DNA of 63,613 nt, the filler included, from Candidatus Woesearchaeota archaeon (GTDB taxonomy: Archaea; Nanobdellota; Nanobdellia; Woesearchaeales; CAZJJJ01), in assembly GCA_046538795.1 (NCBI GenBank). It is 5 parts of 5 records of this genome, joined end to end, with 100 filler letters (N's around TTAATTAATTAA, not from the genome) between each part and the next. Parts side by side here need not be neighbours in the genome. Positions count along the whole stretch, not along the records: positions 40,521 to 53,183 come from JBKHIF010000040.1; positions 53,284 to 63,613 come from JBKHIF010000050.1; 3 more parts are not named here. One strand, 5' to 3'. The position numbers and the translations under genes are program-made. Below are positions 49,998 to 60,294 of this stretch, piece after piece; within the stretch, counting starts at the first letter, position 1; every line of letters starts with the position of its first letter. The notes beneath the pieces were generated by a model, which was not told the origin of the DNA, searched no databases, and worked only from the letters and a program-made list of their open reading frames with translations.

Positions 49998-50090
49998 CTA
50001 TTTGGGTTCAAGGAATTGTAAACGGATTCTTTCATTCATCCGTATCTTTTCTTGTTCTTTCCTTGAAACCTCTTGTGCTAAGTTTTGCAT
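49998..50090 (-). CDS. Candidate 30-aa small protein MQNLAQEVSRKEQEKIRMNERIRLQFLEPK
   Basis: ATG preceded by GGGGTGGT SD-like motif in an otherwise A-rich context. Confidence 0.35.
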   Translation of the reverse strand: MQNLAQEVSRKEQEKIRMNERIRLQFLEPK

Positions 50091-50483
50091 TTTGCAACCA
50101 CCCCTTTTTTGTTTTTTATTTTTTGTATTTTATTCATCTTTCCTGATAATTAAGTGCAAGCATACTGTATTGCACCCAGGTTTGATGAGTTTTGGTTTTA
50201 CATGTTTTGGTTATCACATGCATATTTTTTATCTCTGAACTATCTGTTTTTTATCTATCGTATCTCAATATTTTTTCAGAGACATAATTTTTGGTTTTTT
50301 GAAATTTGTCATTTCAGGCAAACTTCATTTTGTTTTTTGTAACTTGTTAATGACAAACATCATATTTAAAGCTTTTCATTTTTACAACTTCGCGGTAAAA
50401 ACATTTAAGCGTTGATAAAGCACTTTGCTTGCAAAGTTATTACTTTCCAGTAATTTCATAATCTTTTATAGATCTGAACAAAA

Positions 50484-51680
50484 ATGAATCATATGGAAAT
50501 GCCTGATTACAATGGAAAAAGCATAGTCAACCTCATGAGTTCTATTTCTAAAAGCTACAGTATAAGAAGCAGGTACCATGAACTTGACTCTCTAAAAGCA
50601 AGAGAACTAAAAAAACACGATAATGTAATATTATTTGTCATGGACGGTCTTGGCTACAAAAGCCTGACTGGATTTCCTGATCTGGAGATGAATAAATATG
50701 TAAAAGGAAAGATGACTTCTGTTTTTCCTTCAACAACAGCAGCGTGCCTTACGACATTTGCGTCAGGCCTTCCTCCGCAGCAGTCTGCTGTAACATCCTG
50801 GTTCATGAATATAAAAGAGCTTGGCATGATTGTCAAGATACTTCCATTCTCATCAAGGGCTGAAGATCAGGCATTATCTAAAGAAGGGATTGAGATTGGC
50901 GGCATAATCCCTGTAAGAAGCCTTAGTCCAAAGATAGAAAAAAAAGACACAAAGTGCTATAAGATAGTTCCAAGGCCTCTCGTGATAGGAGATTACAATA
51001 GGCTCATGGGAGGTAAATCTGATATCATCGGCTATAGAAGCTATGCAGGATTATTGAAGAGCCTTAAAAAAATAATAAAAACCAGAGAGAACAAATCATC
51101 TAAAGAAAAAAAGAAAAAGAAGTTCATTTACTGTTATTCGCCTTTGTTTGATTCTGCATGCCACCACTATGGTACAAAAAGCGACGAGGCAAGACTTGAA
51201 GCATTAAAGCTTGATGACCTCTTCAAAAAAATTTCAAAAACTCTTGAAGGTACAAATTCTCTTTTATTATGTACTGCAGATCATGGTCTTATTGATTCAC
51301 CACCTGAAAAAAGGATCAATTTGAATGAACATGAGGAATTTTATGATTGCCTAACAATTCCTATGTGCGGAGAGCCAAGAGCTGCATTCCTCTATGTAAG
51401 AGCTTCCAAAGAAAAAAAATTCCTTGATTATTACAGAAAGAATCTGAAAGACAAGTTTATCCTTAAGACAGGAGAAAAAATGATCAAAGAAAATTATTTC
51501 GGGCTTTTTGAACCAGACAAAAAACTCTTTGAAAGAATAGGGGACTATATATTAATAGCAAGAGATAATTATATGATTAAAGATTTTCTTATCAATGATA
51601 ATTTTGATTTTCATATAGCAAACCATGGCGGACTAAGCAAAGAAGAGATGCTTGTTCCTTTGGTAGCAAGAAAACTGTAG
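50484..51680 (+). CDS. Alkaline phosphatase superfamily / type I phosphodiesterase
   Basis: VMDGLG, SVFPSTT, D..CH.YG, TADHG, HGGLS..EM.VP. Confidence 0.9.
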   Translation: MNHMEMPDYNGKSIVNLMSSISKSYSIRSRYHELDSLKARELKKHDNVILFVMDGLGYKSLTGFPDLEMNKYVKGKMTSVFPSTTAACLTTFASGLPPQQSAVTSWFMNIKELGMIVKILPFSSRAEDQALSKEGIEIGGIIPVRSLSPKIEKKDTKCYKIVPRPLVIGDYNRLMGGKSDIIGYRSYAGLLKSLKKIIKTRENKSSKEKKKKKFIYCYSPLFDSACHHYGTKSDEARLEALKLDDLFKKISKTLEGTNSLLLCTADHGLIDSPPEKRINLNEHEEFYDCLTIPMCGEPRAAFLYVRASKEKKFLDYYRKNLKDKFILKTGEKMIKENYFGLFEPDKKLFERIGDYILIARDNYMIKDFLINDNFDFHIANHGGLSKEEMLVPLVARKL

Positions 51681-51756
51681 GCGTTTAAACATAAGTATTA
51701 TAATTAAACACGCATAATATATTTATCAGAACAGGCAAAAAATTATTTCTAAAAAT

Positions 51757-52674
51757 ATGAGAAAAAGACACAAGACAAAAAAGGATCTGAAACGATCCGG
51801 AATTTTTATCAATTGTATCTTTATAGGCGCATCATTGATTCTTAGCAGTTGTGTTAATACAGACAATACAACTAACAGTTCTGAATCGCTAAACAGAGAA
51901 AACTTGTGGCACATACAGTTGCAGGATGCAGAATACGACAATCTGAAAAATGCAAATATAGGAACTCTGGTGATAGATCAGTATGAGGAGATGCTTTCAA
52001 GAGATGAAATTAACGCACTTTCAGAAAACAGGATGCTCCTTTCTTATCTTTCGATTGGTGCTGCAGAGGATTACAGGGATTACTGGCAGCCGGAATGGAA
52101 AATCGGAAATCCGGATTTTATAGAAGAAGAACTAAGAAACTGGAAAGGAAATTATTATGTAAGATACTGGGACCCAAACTGGCAAGAAATAATCTTTATC
52201 AGGATCCAGGAAATTGCAGAACATGGATATGATGGCGCATATCTTGATATGGTCGATTCATACTATTATTTTGAATCAAATGGCAGAGAAAGCGCAGGCA
52301 AAGAGATGATCGATTTCATAAGATCAATAAGAATTGAAGCAAAAGATATCAATCCTGAGTTTTTGATTGTTCCTCAAAATGCCCCGGAACTTTACGAATA
52401 TAATGAATTCAGGGAAATTATAGATGGTCTTGGAAAAGAAGATACATGGTATTATGGAAATACAAGAAGACCGCAAATAGAAACAGATTATGAGCTAAAA
52501 TATCTTGATCAGATTATAGAAGATGGAAAATTTGTTCTTGCTATAGACTATGTGACAAGTGAAAGAAACATCGAAAAGTTCTATGAAAGTTGCATAGAGC
52601 ATGGTTTTTACCCAACAGTTTCAAGCAGAGAATTAGATAAGGATTTTCAACCAAGCCCAAAAATCAGCCCTTAA
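51757..52674 (+). CDS. Endo-alpha-1,4-polygalactosaminidase-like glycoside hydrolase (GH114/TM1410-like), lipoprotein
   Basis: Lipobox LSSC; YLSIGAAEDYRDYW, GYDGAYLD, IVPQNA, LAIDY. Confidence 0.85.
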   Translation: MRKRHKTKKDLKRSGIFINCIFIGASLILSSCVNTDNTTNSSESLNRENLWHIQLQDAEYDNLKNANIGTLVIDQYEEMLSRDEINALSENRMLLSYLSIGAAEDYRDYWQPEWKIGNPDFIEEELRNWKGNYYVRYWDPNWQEIIFIRIQEIAEHGYDGAYLDMVDSYYYFESNGRESAGKEMIDFIRSIRIEAKDINPEFLIVPQNAPELYEYNEFREIIDGLGKEDTWYYGNTRRPQIETDYELKYLDQIIEDGKFVLAIDYVTSERNIEKFYESCIEHGFYPTVSSRELDKDFQPSPKISP

Positions 52675-52745
52675 AAAAAGGATAATCTAATATACTAAAA
52701 TATCTATTTAATTTTATAAAATAGCAAGAATCAAACCATGCAAAC

Positions 52746-53183
52746 ATGAAAAAACTTGCAATATACTATGGATGGCCTTCTGCAGTCCACAATCTTGAAA
52801 AAGAGTCAGGATCTCTTGAACAGACCATAGATATTTTTTCTGATTTTGATCTCTTTATCCTGGCAGATGGTCTTGAAAATCCAGTACATGACGATCACGA
52901 GAACACAAAAAAAATAATATCCGGATCAAAAAGTAATGGAAAAGAGTTCTTTGGATATATAAATACAGGTAATTGTCCTGAATATCCTATCTTAACTGAG
53001 ATGGAAATATATGAAAAGCTTGAAAAATGGCTTTCCACAGGATTTGATGGTGTGCTCTATGATCTTCTTGATCCACCTTACAAAGCAAGTCCAAAGCGTA
53101 TAGCCAACATTGTGAACCATGCACACGACATGGGACTCAAAGCATTCTATAATATCACATTTGATTCGGTTTCAGAAGGATGG
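52746..53183 (+). CDS. Partial putative TIM-barrel glycoside hydrolase-like protein
   Basis: AIYYGWPS, FGYI..G, W...GFDGVLYD; truncated by gap. Confidence 0.55.
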
Positions 53184-53283
53184 NNNNNNNNNNNNNNNNN
53201 NNNNNNNNNNNNNNNNNNNNNNNNNNNTTAATTAATTAANNNNNNNNNNNNNNNNNNNNNNNNNNNNNNNNNNNNNNNNNNNN
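53184..53283. other. Artificial contig linker
   Basis: N run with TTAATTAATTAA. Confidence 0.98.
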
Positions 53284-53292
53284 TTTCAATAA

Positions 53293-54018
53293 TTATTTAT
53301 TCAGAAATCCAATTATCTCTTTGCACTTGTTCATCATGTCATATATGTATTCAGGAGGAATTTGTCTTGAATGATTGTAAAACGCGGCATATTTTCCATT
53401 AGCTTCAATTACAAAATTTCTTAACTTGATTTCTTTTTTTCCAGAAAAGTTCATTTTCGTAAAATCATTATTTTCAAAATATTTTAATTTTGAATCATTG
53501 AAAAACTTCTTTATTGCACTTTCATCTTTGCCAAAAAGATAATATTTATCTGAAAATATTGGATGATTTTCAAAATCAATATCTTTCCCTGAGAAAACAG
53601 TTCCAACTCTAGTTAAAAAATTTTCATGGGAAATATAAAAATGAGGCAAATTCAAATCATTTTTTCCTACAAGAAAAACTGTCGTGGAAATCTGGCTGCT
53701 GCTTTTTCCTGCACCAACAATATAATAATAATCAAATATTTTCCAGTTCATTTTGCCATATGAACCTTCGATCATACGCCTTACTTTTTTTGAATATCCC
53801 TTGGTGAATAAGTCTAGATTCGCCTCTATTTTTTCTAATGGATATTTTTTAAGAGTCAAGTGAAAACCTTGTCTTATGGATAGTTTTTTGAAAGCCTCAT
53901 CTCTTTTTCTTTCTGATATAACTGCAAAAATTATAATACCAGCAATTATAAATATAAAACTTCCAAGAACAATAGCAGTAATTATAATCTCGTTACTCCA
54001 AGGCACCATATAAATCAT
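53293..54018 (-). CDS. Conserved hypothetical single-pass membrane protein
   Basis: N-terminal TM; DIDFENHP.FS..Y motif. Confidence 0.7.
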   Translation of the reverse strand: MIYMVPWSNEIIITAIVLGSFIFIIAGIIIFAVISERKRDEAFKKLSIRQGFHLTLKKYPLEKIEANLDLFTKGYSKKVRRMIEGSYGKMNWKIFDYYYIVGAGKSSSQISTTVFLVGKNDLNLPHFYISHENFLTRVGTVFSGKDIDFENHPIFSDKYYLFGKDESAIKKFFNDSKLKYFENNDFTKMNFSGKKEIKLRNFVIEANGKYAAFYNHSRQIPPEYIYDMMNKCKEIIGFLNK

Positions 54019-54121
54019 CTTTTAAATTATAAACGATAAATATTATCCTGTTCATATATAAATATATCATAAACCAATACAAAAGCTATATAAATATTAA
54101 GTCTTTAAAATATATATTATT

Positions 54122-55114
54122 ATGGCTAAAAACAATAAAATAGCAATAATTACGCTTATTTTATTATTAGTTTTTCTTAATGGATGTTCTAATGAACCTA
54201 AAAAAGTATATCAAGTAGGAATTCTTTCAGGCCTTGATTTTTTTGAAGCTACAATTGATGGATTCAAAGAAGAGATGGAAAGTCTTGGATATACTGAAGG
54301 AGAAAACATAATATATGATATTGAAAAAAGCAATTTTGACATGCAAGCCTATGAAAGTATAATCCAAAGATTTATTGAAAATGAAGTTGATCTGATTTTT
54401 GTCTTTCCTACAGATGCATCAATTGTCGCTAAAGAAACCTCTGAAGGTGCAGGCATCCCTATTGTGTTTGCAAATGCTTTTACAGAGAACACAGGGTTGG
54501 TAGATAGCATAAGAAAGCCAGGATCAGATATAACAGGAGTTAGATGGAATGGTCCTGCAATCGCTCTTGAAAGGTTTGAAATAATGCTTGAACTTGTTCC
54601 TGATGCAAAAAGGATAATAATTCCGTATCAGAAAGACTATCCTATTGTAAAAAGCCAGATTGAAGCGCTTAAACCAGTAATCAAAGAAAAAAACCTTACT
54701 ATGATAGACGTTCCATCAGAAAACGCAGATGATCTGAAAAACAAGCTTGATGAGATTAACAATCCTGAAATCAACAGTACAGATGTTATACTTTTAATTG
54801 CAGAGCCTTTGTGTGTTACACCTGATAGCTTTCTGGTTCTAGGAGAATATGCTGATCAAAATAATGTTGTTTATGGAGGAGCTTTCATGTCGGTAGAAGG
54901 ACATGAATCTCTTTTTGGAGTTACTCCCAAAAATATACCTCAGGGAAAACAAGCAGCTTTTCTTGCAAACAAGATTCTGAATGGAATTCCTGCAGGATCA
55001 ATTCCTGTTGTCTCTGCAGAAAATTTCTTTTTATTTAATTATAAAAAAGCACAGGAAATGCAGATTTCTGTAAATGAGCATCTTTTGATACGAGCAGACG
55101 AAATAATAGAATGA
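54122..55114 (+). CDS. ABC transporter substrate-binding lipoprotein (ABC_sub_bind type)
   Basis: Lipobox LNGC; GF...M..LGY.EGENI, IPIVF, PG..ITGV, KILNG..AG.IPV. Confidence 0.88.
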   Translation: MAKNNKIAIITLILLLVFLNGCSNEPKKVYQVGILSGLDFFEATIDGFKEEMESLGYTEGENIIYDIEKSNFDMQAYESIIQRFIENEVDLIFVFPTDASIVAKETSEGAGIPIVFANAFTENTGLVDSIRKPGSDITGVRWNGPAIALERFEIMLELVPDAKRIIIPYQKDYPIVKSQIEALKPVIKEKNLTMIDVPSENADDLKNKLDEINNPEINSTDVILLIAEPLCVTPDSFLVLGEYADQNNVVYGGAFMSVEGHESLFGVTPKNIPQGKQAAFLANKILNGIPAGSIPVVSAENFFLFNYKKAQEMQISVNEHLLIRADEIIE

Positions 55115-55561
55115 TTACTGTCTCAATATCCATGTTTCTATAATTATGAAAAATATAGCAACAAAACTCACTAATGCCATCATAGCAAGAAAAATGAAAT
55201 GATTAATGTTAAAAAATGGTATTGCAATAATCCCTGATGCAAGAGCAAAAACACCAATTACCAAAGTAGTTATCCTATTGAAATTCGTATCATCAAGCCT
55301 TACTTTTATCTGCCTGTAAAGTTCCATAGGATTTGCTTCTATTATGAATCCTGCACCCATGATGATAAGCCAAAATGGTCTCATGTAGTTATCTATAGAA
55401 TATCCAAACAGGCTTTCTGAAATTATAGATACAAAACCAAGAATGCTAATCAAAGCCAAAGTATTTACAAATATCTTTGATATCTTTTTTTCTTCTTTTA
55501 TCGATTGTCTTTCTTCAAACTCTTCGATGATATCTTTTTGCGATTTCTTTGTTTTAGGCAT
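55115..55561 (-). CDS. Hypothetical 4-TM membrane protein
   Basis: Four hydrophobic helices. Confidence 0.65.
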   Translation of the reverse strand: MPKTKKSQKDIIEEFEERQSIKEEKKISKIFVNTLALISILGFVSIISESLFGYSIDNYMRPFWLIIMGAGFIIEANPMELYRQIKVRLDDTNFNRITTLVIGVFALASGIIAIPFFNINHFIFLAMMALVSFVAIFFIIIETWILRQ

Positions 55562-55604
55562 TGATTTATTTTAGATATAATCGATATAAAAAGTCTTCGG
55601 AATT

Positions 55605-56690
55605 TTAACTTCTTGATCCGGTCCCATCTGATCCCTGATAATGGCTTCCCAAGCCACAAGAACCATATTCTCTTTCAACAGAAGTGTTATATTTGTAGAA
55701 TAAAGCAAGGGCAAATGGCATTCCTTTTTTTACAACATATGGAAATTTTCTTGCAAAAGGATGAGCTGTGACTCTTCCAGAATATCCAGGATCTATCCAT
55801 TTTGCATTTGCAATCCAGTTTTCATAAAAAAACCAAGCAGGTATTTCTTTTCTGATGTCAACATCAGACTGTTGACTCAGAGGAATACTTTGAAGCATTT
55901 TTAATCCTACATCTGAGCCAAGATCTATCTTTGGATCAAGAGTGAGGATATTTACTTCTCCAGGATAGATTATGTGTTCAGAATTAAGATCATAGATGTC
56001 ATATATTTCTTCATCGCCATATTTTTTTGCAGTATCTATCTGACCAAAATGTTTTTTGAATTTTCTTAGTTTTTCAGCAGCAGAAAAAACAAAATATTCA
56101 TCCAGCATCTCTGGCGTTTCACAAATCATTTCTGCCAAATTTTTAGCTTCATCAGGATTAGTTACAACATAACCATCACCATCTCCATTTCGGGGATGAA
56201 AAAAAAGTTGCGCGAATTTTGAATGCCCATACAAAATAATAGGATTTGGATTATGGTTCCACACAGAAATAAACTTCCTTCCATCTTCTTCTATAAAATA
56301 TTCTTTATCAAGCCTTAATCCAAGACGACCCCTGCTACTCCTAAGATCGACTTTAACATCATATGTATTTTTATCATATTCAGGATCTTCAGTTATTTCC
56401 ACCTCAAACATAGTACTTGGTGGAACCACAAAGGGTTCGTCTTTTTCAGGTTTCAATGTTTCAGCAAGATCACATGGAGGTTCAAAATTAAGTTTTTCTC
56501 TTAAAGAAAGTTTTTCTGTATATTCTCTAAGTCTTTTCTGATATTTGAGATCATATATCTTGACAGAATCAATCGTAACATCTAAAGTTCCAGGCTGTAT
56601 CTGTTCATCGGAAAAAGTTCCTTTCAATTTTATATTGCCTTTTTCAATCTCTTCTCTAATAGTCTTGTCTGTCGAGAGTCTCATGTGCAA
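55605..56690 (-). CDS. dCTP deaminase-like protein (duplicated dUTPase-fold)
   Basis: QIQPGTLDV, RSSRGRLGL, AQLFF, IDPGYSG, YG....SHYQG. Confidence 0.78.
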   Translation of the reverse strand: MHMRLSTDKTIREEIEKGNIKLKGTFSDEQIQPGTLDVTIDSVKIYDLKYQKRLREYTEKLSLREKLNFEPPCDLAETLKPEKDEPFVVPPSTMFEVEITEDPEYDKNTYDVKVDLRSSRGRLGLRLDKEYFIEEDGRKFISVWNHNPNPIILYGHSKFAQLFFHPRNGDGDGYVVTNPDEAKNLAEMICETPEMLDEYFVFSAAEKLRKFKKHFGQIDTAKKYGDEEIYDIYDLNSEHIIYPGEVNILTLDPKIDLGSDVGLKMLQSIPLSQQSDVDIRKEIPAWFFYENWIANAKWIDPGYSGRVTAHPFARKFPYVVKKGMPFALALFYKYNTSVEREYGSCGLGSHYQGSDGTGSRS

Positions 56691-57095
56691 AAGAACGATA
56701 TTATGTTTAAAAATATTCCTTAAAAAGAGCCTTAAAAATAGATATTCTCATGCATGAATGCTTTTATATTCATTTTAAATACTTTTTAATCATGGAAATC
56801 AAATCCTGTCTTGAAACAAAAGGAAGAAGATATCCGGAAGAAAGCGAATCTTTTATCTCAGACAATTTCTTCTTAAATCAAAGATTCCTAATCCTGCAAA
56901 GATAAAACATTTTGGAATATTTGAGATAATGCCTTATATAAAAGGAAAAGATATTGATTATTCAGATCCTGAACTTGATTGGAATAAATATCATTAATAA
57001 TCTAAAAAAACAAATTTTATCTTATCAAATATAACATTTCTTTCTAAACCTTTAAATATTAATTGAATATAAATTTATTAAAAAGAGGTTTGATT

Positions 57096-57584
57096 ATGAA
57101 TAAGCTTGTAAGGGATTTCATGAGTACAGGAGTTGTTTCTATAGATAAGACTAAACCTCTTTCTGATGCTATAAAATTAATGGCTACTAAAAAGATAAGC
57201 TGTCTTGTAGTCACAGACAAGACAAAACCTTTCGGACTTATAACTGAGCGAGACCTCATAAAAAAAATTCTTCTGCCTGGAAAAAACTCTAAAAAGTTGA
57301 AGCTTACTGACGTTATGTCTGACGGGCTTATTACAATTCCTCCCGACCTTGATCTTGGTCGTGTAAGCCATCTTATGAAAATACACCACATAAGACACCT
57401 TCCTGTGGTAGAAAACAATAAGGTTATAGGCATAGTGACTCAAACAGATGTCATAACAGAAACTCATGAAGTGCATAACACAAATCTAGCATTCATGAAA
57501 TATCAGAACATACAAAGCATAGTCATTGTGATTTTGTTCCTCTTTCTTATGATCTATTTTATCTGGTTTAAGTTCTTCAGATGA
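57096..57584 (+). CDS. CBS-pair protein with C-terminal TM helix
   Basis: VRDFMS, GLITERD, IRHLPVVE...GIVTQTD. Confidence 0.9.
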   Translation: MNKLVRDFMSTGVVSIDKTKPLSDAIKLMATKKISCLVVTDKTKPFGLITERDLIKKILLPGKNSKKLKLTDVMSDGLITIPPDLDLGRVSHLMKIHHIRHLPVVENNKVIGIVTQTDVITETHEVHNTNLAFMKYQNIQSIVIVILFLFLMIYFIWFKFFR

Positions 57585-57695
57585 TTATTTCGGAAAATTG
57601 CACAGGACATTCGGAAAATTTTCACGCATAAAAATCACTGGACTGGACATCTGTAAGAATACCATATAAAAACAACAAAATAAAAACCTTATGAA

Positions 57696-58370
57696 ATGCA
57701 GATCAGAATACTTCATGACTATCCAAAAGAAGATCTTCCGCGTGAAAAACTCATAGAAATGGGAGCAGAAGTCCTTACAGACTCAGAACTGCTTGCGATA
57801 ATAATCGGATCAGGATCTAAAGAAAATAATGTACTCAAGCTTTCTAAAGAAATCATAAAAAAGTTTCCAATGCCAAAACTTAATGAGATTACTCTAAAAA
57901 ACTTAACTGAATTCAAAGGCATAAGCGTTGCAAAAGCTTGCAAGGTAATTGCTGCTCTTGAGATTGCCAAGAGATCTTCTGTAAAAAATAAGAATCCGCA
58001 TATAAGAAAGGCATCAGATGTATTTGATTTGGTTTCTTCTCAGGCATCTTCATGGAAACAAGAGCGTTTTATTGTTCTTTTGCTGAACACAAGAAACAAG
58101 CTTATCAGGATGAAGACATTATCTATCGGGACTCTTAATTCAAATGTGATTCATTCCAGAAATATTTTTTTTGAAGCCATAAACGAAAATGCTGCAGGGG
58201 TAATAATATGCCATAATCATCCATCAGGAGATCCTGAACCTAGTAATGATGATATTGATATCACAAAAGAAATTGTTAAAGGAGGAGATTTTTTGGGCAT
58301 ACCGGTGCTTGATCACGTAATAATTGGCAATAATGATTATTTCAGCATGAAAGAAAAGGATATTATCTAG
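57696..58370 (+). CDS. radC: RadC/UPF0758 JAB-domain protein
   Basis: PREKL...G...LTDSELLAII, HNHPSGDPEPS..D, LDHVIIG. Confidence 0.94.
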   Translation: MQIRILHDYPKEDLPREKLIEMGAEVLTDSELLAIIIGSGSKENNVLKLSKEIIKKFPMPKLNEITLKNLTEFKGISVAKACKVIAALEIAKRSSVKNKNPHIRKASDVFDLVSSQASSWKQERFIVLLLNTRNKLIRMKTLSIGTLNSNVIHSRNIFFEAINENAAGVIICHNHPSGDPEPSNDDIDITKEIVKGGDFLGIPVLDHVIIGNNDYFSMKEKDII

Positions 58371-58635
58371 AATCTTTTTTGACAATCTTATCCCGCAGTT
58401 CTTTTCCCTGAGAAGTAAGCTCATATAACCGCCCTGTCTTCTCTTCAGGATTTATGCACCTTGCTATTCCCTTTTTGCTAAATTCATTGAGTACCCTGCT
58501 GGTATGATTAAGAGAGTATCTTGATTTTTTGGCAATCTCAGAAGGAGTCGAAGATTCATCTATGTACCTTATGAGATCGCGTCTTTGCTTTCCTCTTACA
58601 ACCCAGCTGTACAGCGAAATATCAACCATCAGCAT
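58363..58635 (-). CDS. Winged-helix transcriptional regulator
   Basis: TPSEIAK......SRVL.E...KG...C......GRLYELT..G. Confidence 0.85.
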   Translation of the reverse strand: MLMVDISLYSWVVRGKQRRDLIRYIDESSTPSEIAKKSRYSLNHTSRVLNEFSKKGIARCINPEEKTGRLYELTSQGKELRDKIVKKDSR

Positions 58636-58709
58636 TATCTCCACAAACTATAAATAATAGTTTTATCTCACATCTATAACAAATCTATAACAAAAAAGAA
58701 AGAACCAAA

Positions 58710-58871
58710 ATGGATGACTTAAAAAAATATGTAAAAAATAGTACAATGATCTGCATAGAAGGTGCAGAATGCCTGTTCAAGAAAAAGGTATCAAGTTTTG
58801 GAACTGGCGCAAAAATTAACTGTCCTAAAGAATTCATAGGAAAGACTGTGTATGTTGTTGTTCTTGAATGA
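58710..58871 (+). CDS. DUF2080-like small protein (53 aa)
   Basis: KKVSSFGTGAKINCPKEFIGKTVYVVV motif; below the ORF-track length cutoff. Confidence 0.8.
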   Translation: MDDLKKYVKNSTMICIEGAECLFKKKVSSFGTGAKINCPKEFIGKTVYVVVLE

Positions 58872-58916
58872 TTTTGTACAAAACTTATTTAAATAGTTCT
58901 CGACTAAAAAATCAAC

Positions 58917-60233
58917 ATGATTGAAATTTGTGCAGTAGGAGGATACTCTGAGTTCGGCAGAAATATGACTGCTTTAAGAGTAGATGATGAAGTAATAATA
59001 ATAGACATGGGTCTTCATATGGATAATTTCATCAGGGTCCAGGGAGATGAAGATCCTCACAATATGAACAATATACGGCTTAAGAAAGCCAACGCCATCC
59101 CTGATTATACTTTGCTTAAGCATTGGAAGCATATGGTTAAGGCAATAATTCCTACACACGCGCATCTTGATCATGTCGGTGCAGTTCCTTTTATATCGAA
59201 CAAGTTTGATGCAAAAATTATCTGCACTCCTTTTACAGCAGAGGTCTTAAAAGCAATAATCTCTGATGACAAGAGGAATTTGAAAAATCCTATAAAGGTT
59301 ATACATCCTAATTCGTCATACAAGATTTCTGATAATATTGAAACAGAATTCATAAATATAACACACAGCACACCTCAAACTCCACTTCTTGCAATACATA
59401 CTCCTTACGGAACTATTGTCTACAGCAATGATTTCAAGCTTGATTCTTCACCCATGCTTGGATCAAAGCCAAATTTTGAAAGAATACAATCTCTTGATAA
59501 TGTGATTGCTCTTATAACTGATTGCACACGCGCATGGGATGCAAGGAAAACGCCTTCAGAAGCTGTTGCAAAAGAGATGCTTCGCGATGTCATGATGAGC
59601 ACAGATTCTGATGGAAAAGCGATAATTGTAACAACTTTTTCATCTCATCTTGCAAGGCTTAAATCTATAATTGAGTTCGGCAAGGCAAAGAATAGGAAAA
59701 TAGTTTTCCTGGGACGTAGTCTCGCTAAATATGTTGAAGCCGGAAGAAAGGCTGGCATTGTTAATTTCAAGGAAGTTGATATTGTCAAATACAGGCAGGC
59801 CATACAAAAAAAACTTAAGAGGATATCAAAAAGAGCAGAAGATTATCTTATTGTAGTGACCGGCCATCAGGGCGAGCCACAGTCTGTCCTTTCTAGGATG
59901 GCAAAAGGAGAATTTCATTTTGATTTCAAGTATGAAGACCAGGTCATATTTTCATGCACCATAATACCTAATGAGATTAATATAGCAAATAGGGAACGGC
60001 TGGAAGAAAAACTTAAAGAAAAAGGTGTAAGGATATTCAGGGATATACATGTTTCAGGACACGCTGCAAGAGAGGATCTTCGGGATCTTGTAAATATGGT
60101 AAAGCCTAAACACATAATACCCGCCCACGGCGATCGAGATATGATGGATGCTATGAAGGAGCTTGCTCTTGAGATGAGATATTCTGAAGATGAAATACAC
60201 ATGCTTGAGAATGGAGATTTCCTTAAGATTTAG
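58917..60233 (+). CDS. rnj: Archaeal ribonuclease J (beta-CASP)
   Basis: VGGY.E.GRNMT, THAHLDH, TTFSSH.AR, TGHQGEP, HVSGHA, IPAHG. Confidence 0.94.
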   Translation: MIEICAVGGYSEFGRNMTALRVDDEVIIIDMGLHMDNFIRVQGDEDPHNMNNIRLKKANAIPDYTLLKHWKHMVKAIIPTHAHLDHVGAVPFISNKFDAKIICTPFTAEVLKAIISDDKRNLKNPIKVIHPNSSYKISDNIETEFINITHSTPQTPLLAIHTPYGTIVYSNDFKLDSSPMLGSKPNFERIQSLDNVIALITDCTRAWDARKTPSEAVAKEMLRDVMMSTDSDGKAIIVTTFSSHLARLKSIIEFGKAKNRKIVFLGRSLAKYVEAGRKAGIVNFKEVDIVKYRQAIQKKLKRISKRAEDYLIVVTGHQGEPQSVLSRMAKGEFHFDFKYEDQVIFSCTIIPNEINIANRERLEEKLKEKGVRIFRDIHVSGHAAREDLRDLVNMVKPKHIIPAHGDRDMMDAMKELALEMRYSEDEIHMLENGDFLKI

Positions 60234-60294
60234 TTTCAAAAAATATATATATAAGATTCTTTTCCTTATGTGTCATATTAAGGGGGTAGTTTTA

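Noticed and set aside
56792..56998. Short broken frames between the dCTP deaminase-like and CBS genes
   Set aside because: Possibly a gene remnant, but too short and motif-poor to assign
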